This document shows positions 14,334 through 27,738 of a DNA stretch of 64,000 bases, piece after piece. Both the position numbers and the translations under genes were made by a program. The notes under the pieces are model-generated. The model searched no databases, was not told the origin of the DNA, and saw only the letters and a list, made by a program, of their open reading frames with translations. Origin of the DNA: Octopus vulgaris (Eukaryota). Within the stretch, counting starts at the first letter, position 1, and the number at the start of each line of letters is the position of its first letter. The stretch covers positions 27,776,001 to 27,840,000 of the forward strand of contig OX597830.1 of assembly GCA_951406725.2 (NCBI GenBank), read 5' to 3'.

Positions 14334-14930
14334 CATATATATATATAATTGGAATAAAAATATACAAATAAATAGAAAAATAAGTGGGAAGATGGGACTT
14401 GATGAATGTTTACTTCTCGCTTATATGGAAATAGTTTCCGTATTTTTTTATTGTTATTTTTCATTTATTTTTTGTTTTCTGTTTGTGTATTGGTTTCTGT
14501 GATTTTCTTGTTTGTTTTCTTAAATTTCTATTCTCTGTTGAAACGATCTATCAGATTACACAGACAAGTCGTCATCATCAACTGACCAATATCGTGCCAA
14601 TCTAAAAACTGGAATATATAAATGTGTACGCATGTATATATATATGTATATATGTATATATAAATTTATATATATATACACACACATGTACAACCATAGA
14701 TTCACATATACATATACGCAAGCATGAATTATATGTATGTGTATCACTTTGTGTGAATGTATGTGCGTATATGTATGTATAAAAAAAAATATATATGCAT
14801 TTATATACGCATGCGTATATGATTGCATGCATGCGTGTATGCATTTATCCATCCGTCCAACTATACGTGCACACACATATATATACTTCTATATATATGA
14901 ATGTATGTACATACATATATAGATACATGC

Positions 14931-15045
<115 letters not shown>

Positions 15046-15442
15046 TATATATATATATACACACATATATATTTACACACGAAAATGTACGCGGAAATTG
15101 TAAGGACGAGAGATTGCTTTTTAAATGTCTCATCTATCTTACTGTCTTAAGGTACATGAATACGCCTATGTTCTTACGCATATACAGGAACATAGGTATG
15201 TATGCGCCTACATATTTATATATGTCTGTGCATTCGGAATCAATATAGACGTATTTCAAGTTTTACAATAAAACACATTGGAGACAAAATCCTTAAGGTC
15301 ACCGCAGAGCATGCGCATCTTATATAGAATTATATAGATTTTGATCGAGTTGCAGGTAGTAAATATTCGTGTGATTAGAACCACATATATTCTTCCGACT
15401 AGACTATTTACAGACATATTGAATGTACAAAGATATACAGGC

Positions 15443-15490
<48 letters not shown>

Positions 15491-15649
15491 TTATAGTCAT
15501 ATATATTTAGTGTATATATATATATATAATATTATATATATTATAAATATATATTATATATATTTTATACATTATATTATATATATTACGTATATATATT
15601 ATATATATTATTTATATACATATATATATTATATATATATTATTTAATA

Positions 15650-15855
15650 TGTGACTACGTGTGAATCGTTGGCGATTTTCCATCTCCGTCTTCCCTTCCT
15701 TGGATCTTTCCTTTTTCTATGTTTCTGACGAAGAGCTGCGCTCGAAACGTTAAATTCCCCTTCTTTCTTTCATTTCCTCAGCGTCCAATAACACTATACT
15801 TGTTCCACGTCCTCGCGTTGTTGCGTTTTCTCTCTGTTCGTATTTGGAATAACTA
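15650..15855 (+). mobile_element. Hammerhead-bearing short element, family HA (Penelope pLTR-like)
   Basis: About 200-bp unit repeated at 23591-23800 (+) and 54388-54590 (-), ending in (TA)n. Confidence 0.75.
15721..15755 (+). ncRNA. Minimal type-I hammerhead ribozyme motif, intact core
   Basis: GTTT-CTGACGA-A-GAGC-TGC-GCTC-GAAA-CG-TT-AAAT, with palindromic AACGTT stem III. Confidence 0.7.
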
Positions 15856-15972
15856 TATATTATATCTGTGTATATATACATACATATATTATATATATTT
15901 TATACATGTTACATATATGTATAATATACATTATATATACCATATATATGTATGTATTATATATATATATAT

Positions 15973-16975
15973 ATAAGTTATGCAGATGATACAAATGTTT
16001 CACAGGCAATACAGAACCCTGAAGACACTAAGCACCTGCAATGTGAGCTGGACAAAATATACAAGTGGGCTGAAAAGATTAGCATGCAGTTCAATGCTGA
16101 AAAGTTTCAAGCTTTATGCTATCAGCATGCAAAACTAAATGCAATACCCAATGAATACACTGGACCTGGAGGGATTGCAATCCCAGAGGCACAATCAGTG
16201 CAAGACTTGGGTATTTACATGAGTGATGATGCAGCCTTTCATGTGCATGTTGCTAAATTGGCAATGAAATGTAGGCGGCTGACCGAATAGATTCTTAGAA
16301 CCTTTAGAACAAGAGACCAGGAAACCATGATGGTCCTCTGGAGGACACTTGTCCTAAGCCACTTTGACTATTGCTCTCAGCTATTGTCACCATCCAGTGT
16401 CAAGTTAATCACAGAACTTGAGGCTATCCAACAAAGCTACACGAAGAAGATAGCCTTTGTGCAGCATATAAGCTACTGGGAATGACTCAAGAGATTAAGA
16501 CTCTATTCCTTAGAGCGTAGGCGAGAAAGATATGCCATAATATACATCTGGAAGATCCTAGAAGGACTTGTCCCAAACTTTGGCATCGAGAATTACACAA
16601 ATGCCAGAACTGGGCGCCACTGCAGAGTGCCAAGGACTCCAAATTTGCCATCAAGATGTAGGACGAGATACTGTGATAGCCTGGGCTTCCGAGGCCCACA
16701 TCTCTTCAATATCCTCCCGAAGAACCTAAGAGACCTGCATGGGGTGGATGCAGTTGTTTTTAAAACAAAACTGGACCTCTTCTTGTCAGGTGTCCCAGAT
16801 GAACCAACTTCACGGCAGGAGGTGCAGATGAGGGCAGCTGCATCGAACTCTCTCATGCACCAAATGGCAGTTGCATAAAGCATTCGTGAAGTAAAATCAT
16901 GTAGCAACACCAAATGGCGGTGCCCCAGCATGGCCACAGCTTGTAAGCTGAAACTAGATAAAAATAAAATAAAAT
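15973..16975 (+). pseudogene. 5'-truncated CR1-type LINE: reverse transcriptase C-terminal half, 3' UTR and (TAAAA)n tail
   Basis: One frame gives SYADDT...MQFNAEKF...DLGIYM...DYCSQL...LYSLERRRER...FKTKLDLFL, with two in-frame stops and TAA at 16876-16878. Confidence 0.92.
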
Positions 16976-17034
16976 AAATAAAAAAAATAATTAAAAAATA
17001 ACATATATATATATATAATTATATAATGATATGC

Positions 17035-17069
<35 letters not shown>

Positions 17070-18159
17070 TAAAATGATATGCATTTATATCAGTAAATAA
17101 ATAGAATAAATAATCTAATTATATACGTTCTGTAATTAATCATATAAGGCACGACTAGCCCGTAGTGGTGCTAATTCGATTGTATAAAGAACACATTATA
17201 GGTGATGGCTTATAATACCAAAATTGTATTAAGGCTTGTATTAATTTTATAAAAGCACTTTGTTGTAATTTGTTCATCCCAGCACATTCCTCTCTTGCCC
17301 AGGGCGTTTTTGTATAAATTTCCTCAACTTGTTTAACAGAACTAGAATTCACTAAAAATCAAAATTTATGTACAATAGATACCCTGATTCTTTTACTTCT
17401 TGTAAGGAAAGAAGCTTGTGTATTTTTTTTTTTACAGAAATAAAGACAACGTTAATCTACTTTGCATTAATCTAAAGAGTATTTTTTCGTTATAAATCTG
17501 CATAGGCATTTCGATTCCTCAAATCTCTTTAGCGCAGCTTTCGTTCGATTTACATTTAAAGGGAAGTCCTACTTAAATCAGTAGTGCTTAGTTCGAAATA
17601 ACACTATTTATAATAAAAGATGTTTTCAGATAAGATAAATTTGGTAAAATTAAGGTTAATGAATTTTAGAGAACACTTATTTTTCATTTTGTGCAGAAAA
17701 GCAGTTCAGAGCCATTTACAAATATTCTATTATTATTCTTTGCAATGCAAATCTCCCTTCTGTCTTTTAGGGGCTCATTTCATTGCTCCTTCCGTCTATC
17801 ACTAAAAAAGTCATCTACGTCTCCATTAACAAGTAACATTAGATCAGAGTAGTATCCTGTTGACAATATTCAAATTGGAACTGAGACATGAATCGGGATT
17901 TTACGCGCGAAATATTTGATGCAGTTTTTAACGCACGCAATTCTTTCGAGGATGACATTATAACCAATAATTTGAGCAGAGTAGTCTCTTCTGCACTTAC
18001 AGAGATGGACTGAAATAAACAATAAACGACTTAGGTTCCCACTATATTTCTATTTTATATATTTTCATATAAAAAATATACCAAAACACCCATAACCACA
18101 AATATATTCTTATATACACGTATGTATGTGTAAGTTTATATATATATATATATATATAT

Positions 18160-18680
18160 TGGAAGGTTTGGAGATGATGTACAGGTATTATATATTAGAA
18201 AAAATGAGGTAATCAGATCGGATGGTTCATATTTATAGATATTTATTTATATATTACATTTTTTACATATATATCATATCATTCAGATCATATCATTCGG
18301 ATTAGCGCTTTCTCCCAATCCAGTGGGGTTTTCAAATCAAATCAATTCCTTTGTGGGGAATTTGAACATTTTATAGTTTCGTAGTAGTGGGGAGGAATAA
18401 GACAGTATAAAAGGGTGAGGAGGAAGTGAGACAGAGAAAACATGTGTGTATGTGTATGTGTGTGTGTGTGTATGTGTGTGTGTATGTGTGTGTGTGTGTG
18501 TGCGTTTGTATCTGAGAGGGAAGAAGAAGTATTATTTCTTCTTGGCCTGCTGGACCTCCTGTGGTTTTCTAAGAATTTTGGCTCTGCTCTCTGTCCAGTC
18601 TCGTGTCACTGAGTGTGTGTTGTGCGTAGGCTGGCCGGACAAATGTCATTTGGGGTCACACTTTCTATGATCGTTTTGTG
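18160..18680 (-). mobile_element. Short element with decayed hammerhead motif (18296-18340)
   Basis: Minus strand TTGAT-TTGAAAA-C-CCCA-CTGGAT-TGGG-A-GAAA-GCGC-TA-ATCCGA. The core has two substitutions relative to CUGAAGA. Adjacent to (TA)n. Confidence 0.5.
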
Positions 18681-19039
18681 GAGGTGTGTGTGTGTGTGTG
18701 TGTGTGTCCGTGTGTGTTTTTGTGTTTGTGTGTGTGTGTGTGTGAGTGTGTGTGTGTCTGTGTGTTTGGAGAAGGAGAGAGAGAAAGAAAGAGAAAAGGG
18801 AAAATAAAAATAAAAATAAATATAAAAATAAAAATAAAAAATAATAAAAAAATATAAAAAATAAAAAATAAAAAATAAAATATAAAAAAATAAATAAAAA
18901 ATAAAAAATAAATTAAAATAAGGGAGGAAGTGGAGAGGAAGAAAAAATATTTTTGTGTGTTGATATTTATACCAATACATATATATATACACACACAGAC
19001 TTATACATAAAATATTTGAAAAAAACCTTTTTATCGGTT

Positions 19040-19084
<45 letters not shown>

Positions 19085-19229
19085 GTAGTTGTATGTGTAC
19101 GTATATATATATATATATATACGTAGTTGTATGTGTACGTGTGTGCATTTACAGGCACACACACTCACAGTTTTATGTGTATGTGTGTATCTGTGTGTGT
19201 ATAAATGTATATATGTATACATTTATACA

Positions 19230-19500
19230 CACAGAACAAAAATGCAATAGAGGACATTAAAACATTCGGACAGATAAACGATACAAAGGCGGACAAGAGA
19301 AACAACAATTAGAAGGACAGGCAAAAAAGACGGGTTATTCGTGGCTTTCTTTCCTCAGTCAAGTTCCAGATTTCACGGCCATTTCGAGCAGTTATAACTT
19401 GAGATGTTTCGACCGAGTTGCTCCCCCCAGAAAGTCTAAGCTAAGTGCATTTGACCCATTCGTAAGAAAGCTAGCGAATGTGTACGGCAACAAAGGCAAA
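19230..19500 (-). mobile_element. Family D short element
   Basis: Shares CTTTCCTCAGTC(A/G)AGTTCCAGAT...TAAGCTAA with 28015-28290. Confidence 0.6.
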
Positions 19501-21029
19501 AAACAAACAAACAAAAAATGGAGAATATGGTACACAATTACGAATACAAACAACAAGAAATAGCAACAGGTGTTTTTCGACTGAGAACGGATAAAATTGA
19601 GCGGGCGTGTTGAAAGCCTAAAGGCAGGAACATAGGAAATGGACATAAGAAGTGTTGACGGTCGGCAGTCAGGCCTAGAAAGAAAGACCATGGCTGATCG
19701 GACACCAGTCACGTGGGAGGAGGAGAAATGAGTAAGGAGCAGCGGGATTGAAGGATTAGAAAAGAGACAAATAGAAAGGTACAGGGGAGATAAACGAGTG
19801 GGAAATAGTGGGAGTTAAAGAAAGAGAGGGTTAAGAAATGTGAGATAGGCAAGCAAGAAAAAGGAGAGGGGCAATAAAGTATAGAGTAAGAGTGGTACAA
19901 AATTTAGATACATACCTAAAACTATCTTTTCTTCCATTCGAACGTATGTAGACTTTGCCGCCAAAAATATCTTGCCTTTAGGTTTCCAAGACAGCAGTCA
20001 CATTTTAATTTTGTTTTATATTAATAAAATTTATGCAGGATTTGCCGCCCAGATTTGTACCATCATCGTTATGTTTATAAAATTTATATAGAAGAAATGA
20101 TGTCGCAATCCTTATATATAAATACACGTGTTACTTATTGTTAGATATTTTGAAACACACTGTTTCAAGAGTGAGAAAGCTTGTAATGCTCGAGCTGAAC
20201 ATATAGCCCGTAATTAGACTTTTCCTGATTTACTTGTGTCAGTCATTTGACTGCAGCCATGCTAGGGCACTATTTACAGTTCTTAAAACTCTCCTAAAAT
20301 TCAGCTTTTAACTATTATTAGCCGTTCGTTTTCTGGATGAATATACCACTCATGTAACTAACGGAGCTTCCTTTTCACTATTAAAGTGTAATATAGGTTA
20401 CTGTGTATCTCACAGATACAGTGTAATTCACGGGTGAACCTAGCATGACATAATGTGGAACATCACTGTTTTATATTTTTAAGATTACGTATAGACCCAA
20501 TTCAACAGTTTTCCAGTCAGGTTTCATGTACTATTTTCTCTCATAATGTTTAGGTCTATTCCAAATTAGGGTCGAAGTCACTTAACAAAGGTCTTGTACA
20601 ATAAGGTGCGGATATTGAGTCGCATGACTGCAAAACGAATATCCTAAACATCCAGCATAATTGCGTCATTGATGACGCATGCACACACGTGACTGAATAC
20701 ACATAATTATGATTTGCTCCACAAGTTAGTATCACAAATACATTTACTTTTGTGATTATGATATTTTTGCAAGTGGCCATCGGAACAGAAGCAGAAGTGA
20801 TGACTTTCATACCTTTCCCAAAAGTGTAAACCGAAGAACGGAAATAATTATTACCAGGGAGATGTCAATTTCCTTTTCTAGGTTGCCTTTTCCAAGATAG
20901 CTTTTCCAGGACCAACAAAACGTTGTTATGGCTTTTATTATACTCTTACAAAAACTTATATGCATATGTATTAATAAAAAAAATGTTTTCGGATAGAGAC
21001 TTCAACATATATAAAATGCATGCATAAAA

Positions 21030-21388
21030 ATCAACACAAGGAATATTGGTGGAAATTTCTACCAAGTGCAAAATATCTGGCCAAATTTCGCTCTTTGGGA
21101 TAAGCAAGAAAAAGCATGTACCTTCATAGAAGTCAGTTGCTCTGCTGCTGTGAACATCCCTTCGAAAATCAAAGGGAAAGAGGATATAAATGGACAACTG
21201 TTTCGGAAAGTCCAGCTTCTATACCCAGATTATAAATTTACATATGGTGCGCTTGATTTTGTAATTGTTTAAGAGGAGGATCTGAAAAGGTTAGGGTTCT
21301 CAAATAAAAACAAAAATTAACTAGGAAACACGAACATTATAATCTGTAAGCGGAACATGCAAGATATTTCTGAAGTTGAAAATGTAAG
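21030..21388 (+). pseudogene. Restriction-like endonuclease (RLE) C-terminus of an R4/Dong/NeSL-type non-LTR retrotransposon, decayed
   Basis: KEYWW...(W)PNFALWDKQEKACTFIEVSC.A.VNI..K...K...YPDYKF..GAL follows the RPD-x-DK-x-I(D/E)V-x-P-x-N-K-EK-Y-L-GALG pattern of RLE domains. Confidence 0.65.
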
Positions 21389-21525
21389 ATTGTTACTTAA
21401 ACTTCAATGGTGGAGCTTTGTATCTTTGTTAGAAAGCAGCTGCTACCTTACAGTAAGATTTTAAATTCTTAAAAATTATTAAAGTGGAAAGATTATCAGA
21501 AAAGCCATTTCTATTCATATATATG

Positions 21526-21607
<82 letters not shown>

Positions 21608-21608
<1 letters not shown>

Positions 21609-21782
21609 GAAATTTGCAAGAAAACAAAAGACGAAAACAGGTGCATAAACAACAAGCAGGTGTATTAGTTTGTGACTCAGGAAGGTGAGTCTTTTACATT
21701 TCGAGCCTGCAGAAAGGAACACGAGGAAATAAACAGAAAGCGAAAAGAAAAAAAATCTTTTGGAGTTAGCGGTCAATCATGG
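21608..21782 (-). mobile_element. Family HB element with deleted hammerhead core
   Basis: Similar to 23373-23572, but TTTCGAGCC is joined directly to TGCAGAAAGG. Confidence 0.6.
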
Positions 21783-21795
21783 AGAAAAAAAAAAG

Positions 21796-22069
<274 letters not shown>

Positions 22070-22382
22070 ATAACAACGTACGGATTAAGAGAAAACAGAG
22101 TAAGAAAAAAACAGAATAAGAAAAAACAGACAGTTCAAAAAAGTTAAAAAAGGTTCAAGCATCGTGGTGTATTGGAGCGATTTTTCATAAACGGAAGAGT
22201 CCAGAGAAATACATATGTATATCCAGTAGTAATCCGGGTGGAATGCTGGTGTGCAGATGAGGAGGGGTGCAGAAAGTTCAGGTGGTAGTATGTCCGAAGA
22301 GTATAATAATGGAGTCCGGTTTATGGGGGTTATCCTGGGTTTATTGCTCGTAATGGGTTCATCGTACTATTTTCTCTTATAA

Positions 22383-22774
22383 AGTGGTGGCGCAATGGCC
22401 CAGTGGTTAGGGCAGCGGACTCGCGGTCGTAGGATCGCGGTTTCGATTCCCAGACCGGGCGTTGTGAGTGTTTATTGAGCTAAAACACCTAAAAAAGCTC
22501 CACGAGGCTCCGGCAGGGATGGTGGTGATCCCTGCTGTACTCTTTCACCACAATTTTCTCTCACTCTTACTTCCTGTTTCTGTTGTACCTGTATTTCAAA
22601 GGGCCGGCCTTGTCACTCTCTGTGTCACGCTGAATATTCCCGAGAACTACATTAAGGGTACACGTGTCTGTGGAGTGCTCAGCCACTAACACGTTAATTT
22701 CACGAGCAGGACGTTCCGTTGATCGGATCAACCGGAACCCTCGTCGTCGTAACCGACGGAGTGTTTCCATCCCA
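22383..22774 (+). mobile_element. Young full-length tRNA-derived SINE (family C) with 11-bp target-site duplication
   Basis: A box TGGCCCAGTGG and B box TTTCGATTCC. TSD TTCTCTTATAA at 22372-22382 and 22775-22785. Confidence 0.9.
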
Positions 22775-22946
22775 TTCTCTTATAATATTTAGGTCTATTC
22801 TAAATTATGGAGGAAGACAATTAACAAAGGTCTTATACAAGAAAGTACAGATATGGAGTCGCATGACTGCGAAACGAATATCCTAAGCATCCAGCATAAA
22901 TGCATCGTTCATGACGCATGCACACAAGTGACAGAACATGCATATT

Positions 22947-23363
22947 TATGATTTACGTAAAGACTAGGAGATAATCACTTTGTGTTTACTTTTGATAGAG
23001 AAGCATTTTCACCTCCATAATTTGAAGACGTCTAAGGCCAGCAGTGTCTGAGATCTGAAGATACGCCGTGAGGTTAAACCCCCTGTGAGCGAGAAACCCA
23101 GGGTAGCCCCATATATATCTTTTATAGAAATACGTAAGTCCGGGGAGAAGCACACTCTAAGATGTAGATCAGTTGATATTATAATGGGAGTCGGTTTATG
23201 GGGCTACCCTGGGTTTCTCGCTCACAGGGGGTTTAACCTCACGGCGTATCTTCAGATCTCAGACACTGCTGGCCTTAGACGTCTTCAAATTATGGAGGTG
23301 AAAATGCTTCTCTATCAAAAGTAAACACAAAGTGATTATCTCCTAGTCTTTACGTAAATCATA
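22947..23363. repeat. 167-bp inverted repeat with 83-bp spacer
   Basis: 22947-23113 is the reverse complement of 23197-23363; no mismatch found by eye. Confidence 0.95.
23048..23112 (+). ncRNA. Hammerhead-like motif in the left arm, mirrored on the minus strand in the right arm
   Basis: CTGAAGA-TA-CGC...GCG-A-GAAA-CCCAGGG-TA. Stem I is only partly paired. Confidence 0.5.
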
Positions 23364-23372
23364 TATATACAT

Positions 23373-23800
23373 AGGGAGAATTCACAACAAAAAGAAAAAA
23401 ACAAAAGACGAAGACAGGTGAAGTAGGCAACAAACAGATGTATTAGTATAACGCTCGGGAAGTGAAAAAGTCTTTAACGTTTCGAAACTACGCTCTTCTA
23501 CAGAGAGGAAAACAGAAAGAAACAAGGAGAGAAAATAAAGAATGTGTAGTAGCTAGCGATCTATCATGGTGAATATATATATATATAAAATGTGACCGCG
23601 TGTGTACCGTTGGCGATTCTCTTTCCTCCGTCTTCGCTTCTTTGGATCTTTCCTTTTCCTATGTTTCTGACGAAGTGCTCTGCTCGAAAATTTAAACTCT
23701 CCTTCTTTCCTTCTTTCCTGAGCGTCCAATAATACTATACTTGTTCCACGTCCTCACATTGTTGTGTTTTCTCTTTGTGTTTTCATGTTTGGATTAACTA
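23373..23800. mobile_element. Divergent pair: family HB (-, 23373-23572) and family HA (+, 23591-23800), each with a decayed hammerhead
   Basis: Minus CTGTAGA-A-GAGC-GTAG-TTTC-GAAA-CGTT-AAAG near 23472-23506. Plus GTTT-CTGACGA-A-GTGC-TCT-GCTC-GAAA near 23663-23697. Confidence 0.75.
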
Positions 23801-24173
23801 TATATATATATATAAAATGAGTCAAAATATAATGTAGTATATTCCAGCTTGTGACGATTAGCGTCCTCGAATACTCCTGCCAAGCACTTAATCATTGCTT
23901 TACTTTATTGCTAATAGAAGTGACAAGGAAGTGTGTAACGTGGCTCATGATAATGTTCTTAAAAACCAGCGTTTCTTTTCATCTACTGGACGGTGGTTAT
24001 ATGTTACGCTTATACAAATTATCTAAAGTTACACATGCCACAAAAATTCTTATGAATTACATGCATATAAAAATTCATACGACTGTCACCTACTTTCACT
24101 CTGCTAAATTCCATCTACAAGGTATTAAGTAAACCAGAGTCTGCAGTTGCCAACCATGTCTGTATGTATATGC

Positions 24174-24369
24174 TTTTATTTGTTTCAGTCATTTGACTGC
24201 GGCCATGCCGGAGCACCGCCTTTAGTCGATCAAATCGACCCCAGAACTTATTATTTCTAAGCCTAGTACTTATTCAATCGGTCTCTCTTGCCGAACCGCT
24301 AAGTGACGGAGAGGTAAATACACCAGCATCGGTTGTCAAGCGATGTTGGGGGTACAAACACAGACACAT

Positions 24370-24418
<49 letters not shown>

Positions 24419-24574
24419 CATACATATATACGACGGGCTCCTTTCAGTTTCTGTCTACCAAATCCACTCACAAGGCTATAGTAGAAACACTTGCGTCAGG
24501 TGCCATGCAGTGGGACTGAACCCAGAATCATGTGATTGATAAGCAAGCTACTTACCACACAGCCACTCCTGCGT
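24174..24574 (-). mobile_element. Family A SINE
   Basis: Near full-length match to 663-1069. Confidence 0.88.
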
Positions 24575-24596
24575 CTTTATGTAGATAATTATATAC

Positions 24597-24627
<31 letters not shown>

Positions 24628-25253
24628 TGTATGTATGTATGTATGTATGTATGTATGTATGCATGTATGTATGTGTGTGTGTTTGTGTGCGTGTGTGAGT
24701 ATGCATATTTGCATATTGTTATCAGTATGAGCCAGGATCGTACTAGTAAAATTCAAGTGGTAAGGTATATTTTGTAATCCAATTCTAAATAACCCTATAT
24801 TGTTAAGTAAAATGTACTTTTCATTTATTTATAACAGAAGAAAGAAACCAGTTATTGAATTAGGGGAGGAGAAGTTGGAATAATTGTAGAAGACGTTCAA
24901 ACCGGAAATTTAAACGGTTCCCTATTTCTGCACGTCTGATGCTGGCGGCGACATATTGAATGTAGGTATATATGTCTGTGCGTCTGCATGTTTGTTTATA
25001 TATGGAAACATGTATGTATGTATGTATGTATGTATGTATGTATGTATGTATGTATGTATGTATGTATGCATATGCATGCACATACATACATACATACATA
25101 CATACATACGACCCTTGCTTGCGAGTGTGTTAATATTTGTGTGTGCTTCTGTTCCTTGCTTAAATTCATAAAGAGAGAGAGAGAGCGAAAGCGAGATAGA
25201 TAGACAGATAGATAGATAGGTGGATAGATAGATAGATAGATAGATAGATAGAG

Positions 25254-25288
<35 letters not shown>

Positions 25289-25457
25289 GAGAGAAAGAGA
25301 GAGAGAGAGACAGACAGACAGAGAGAAGGCTATGTACATATAAACAAATACTTTGAAATAAAACAAAGCCTTAACGGCTTTAGCTGAGTTTATATTATTA
25401 ACAGTGACTCTTCTGTTCATTTACGAAACGACGTTGCTGGTCGACTATTGAATTTTA

Positions 25458-25715
25458 CGGAGAGTCGTGTGGATTAGTGGTTAGGGAGATGGACTCATGA
25501 TCGTAAGATTGTGGTTTCGATTCTTGAACCGGGTGACGTGTTTTTGACTTGAGCAAAGCACTTTAATTGACGTTGCTCCGGTCCACTCAGCTGGCAAAAA
25601 TGAGTAATCCTGCGACGAACCGGCGTCCCGTCCAGATGGGAGATTTATACGCCACGGAAACCGAAAAACCAGCCCTCCATGAGTCGGCATAACTTGCCAA
25701 AGTAACGTTTATCCT
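25458..25715 (+). mobile_element. tRNA-derived CORE-type SINE
   Basis: A box TGGATTAGTGG, B box GTTTCGATTC, core CTTGAGCAAAGCACTTT...TCCACTCAGCTGGCAAAAATGAGTA. Confidence 0.75.
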
Positions 25716-25802
25716 AGAAACATCAGATATGAGAACACAGTTTATATTCAGTTATCCATACATGGTTAGAATTTAGAGATTTAATAGCTAAAGGCATTCT
25801 TT

Positions 25803-26549
25803 TCTTTTACTTCTTTCACTCATTTGACTGCGACCATGCTGAAGCACCACCTTCAGTCGAGCAAATCGACTCCAGGACTTATTCTTTGTAAGCCTAGTAC
25901 TTATTCTATCGGTCTCTTGTGCCGAACTGCTAAGTTACGGGGAATTAAGCACACCAACACCGGGGACAAACACAGACACACACACACAAATATATACATT
26001 TATATATATATGCGACGGGTTACTTTCAGTTGCCGTTTACCAACTCCACTCACAAAACTTTGGTCGGCCCGAGGCTATAGTAGAAGAAATCTGCCCAGGG
26101 CGCCACGCAGTGGGACTGAACCCAGAACCATGTGGTTGCTAAGCAAGCTACTTACCATACAGCCATATTTCAATATCTACATTCTTTTGTCAAATACTGC
26201 TCAATACTTTATAGTAAAAGGGAGTATTATAGTACTCGTCTATTATTAATTTATTCTTTCACTTGTTTCAGTCATACAACTGCGGCCATGCTGGAGCACC
26301 GCCTTTAGTCAAACAGATCGACCGCAGGACTTATGCTTAGTAAGCCTAGTACTTATTCTATCCTTCTCTTTTGCCGAACCGCTAGGTTACGGGAATGTAA
26401 ACATACCAACATCAGTTGTGAAGTGATGGTGAGGGACAAACACAGACACACACACACACTAATATATTCATACGCACACACATACACACACACATATATA
26501 TACCAGTACCAGATAACCTGTTGGCCTGTTTTTACTAAACACACACACA

Positions 26550-26641
<92 letters not shown>

Positions 26642-26805
26642 GATGGGCTTCTTTCAGTTTCCGTCTACCAAATCTACTCACAAGGCTTTAGTCGACCCGA
26701 AACTACAGTAGAAGACACATTGCCTAAGGTGCCACGCAGTGGGACTGAACCCAGATCCATGTGATTGGGAAGCAAGCTTCTCACCACACAGTCCCACATG
26801 CGCCT
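25803..26805 (-). mobile_element. Two adjacent family A SINEs (25803-26166 and 26253-26805)
   Basis: Both carry the family A head and tail. Confidence 0.88.
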
Positions 26806-27306
26806 CTGTATTGTCAATGTAATCTATGTATAGTTTGCAATCAGAACACTGCTGTGTTTGTAGTAAATCAATATTTATTTGTAATATCAATAACTGTAAT
26901 TCCTGTAGTATTTTGCCGGTTGCAGCATTTATGAGCGAAGTCGCTAAGTTTAATGATATCTTTACAATAGAAATGCTTTAAACTGTTCTTTAATTGCAAC
27001 CTCTTCCGGCTAACCATCGTCATTATAAACACATTGCTGTAGCACCAAATTTGCAATTATTAAATGTTTGTAATTCTGATTAGAAACGTCATTTGTTGAT
27101 GATCTGTTAATTAATTAATATGTCAATGCTCTCTTTTATATTTGGTGAGCCTGGTGAGTTGAGTGTTGCGTATTTTGTTCCATAGTAATCTGTATCTTGT
27201 ATATATTGTATACCTGACTGCGTAACGTTTACGTCACAATAAAGATGCTCAATGGAACAGCTGTAGCAGTACCAGATAACCAGTTCGCCTGTTTTTACTA
27301 AACACA

Positions 27307-27375
<69 letters not shown>

Positions 27376-27667
27376 AAACACAAACACACACACACACAAA
27401 TGCACACAAACACTCCCACGCACATATTTACACATACAATACACACACATATATCTATATTAAAAATATTTAAATATATCTACAAAAACATATGGACATA
27501 TATATATACATATATACCAATTAAGGACTGAACACGAAAAAGTGAACAGTCAACATGCTAGATATAGACGTCAAATCATTCTCCACAAAGATTTTGTTCT
27601 CAAATAAAATAAAATTCAGCACGACCTAAAGTAATAGAAAAGACAAAAGAAATATACGAAATGGAAT

Positions 27668-27738
27668 AATCACCTGCGTACCGAACGGTTTCATATTAAT
27701 ATCACAAGGATATCTGTAGCTTCGTCAGCGCAGTTGTT
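27668..27738 (-). ncRNA. Type-I hammerhead motif within a TA-flanked element (about 27515-27830)
   Basis: Minus CTGCG-CTGACGA-(29 nt with GATATC/GATATT hairpin)-GAAA-CCG-TT-CGG-TA-CGCAG. Stems I and III pair; the base of stem II is decayed. Confidence 0.65.

Noticed and set aside
22386-22460. tRNA-like sequence
   Set aside because: It is the head of a SINE with a TSD, and I could not build a complete cloverleaf acceptor stem. The same applies to 37747-37816.
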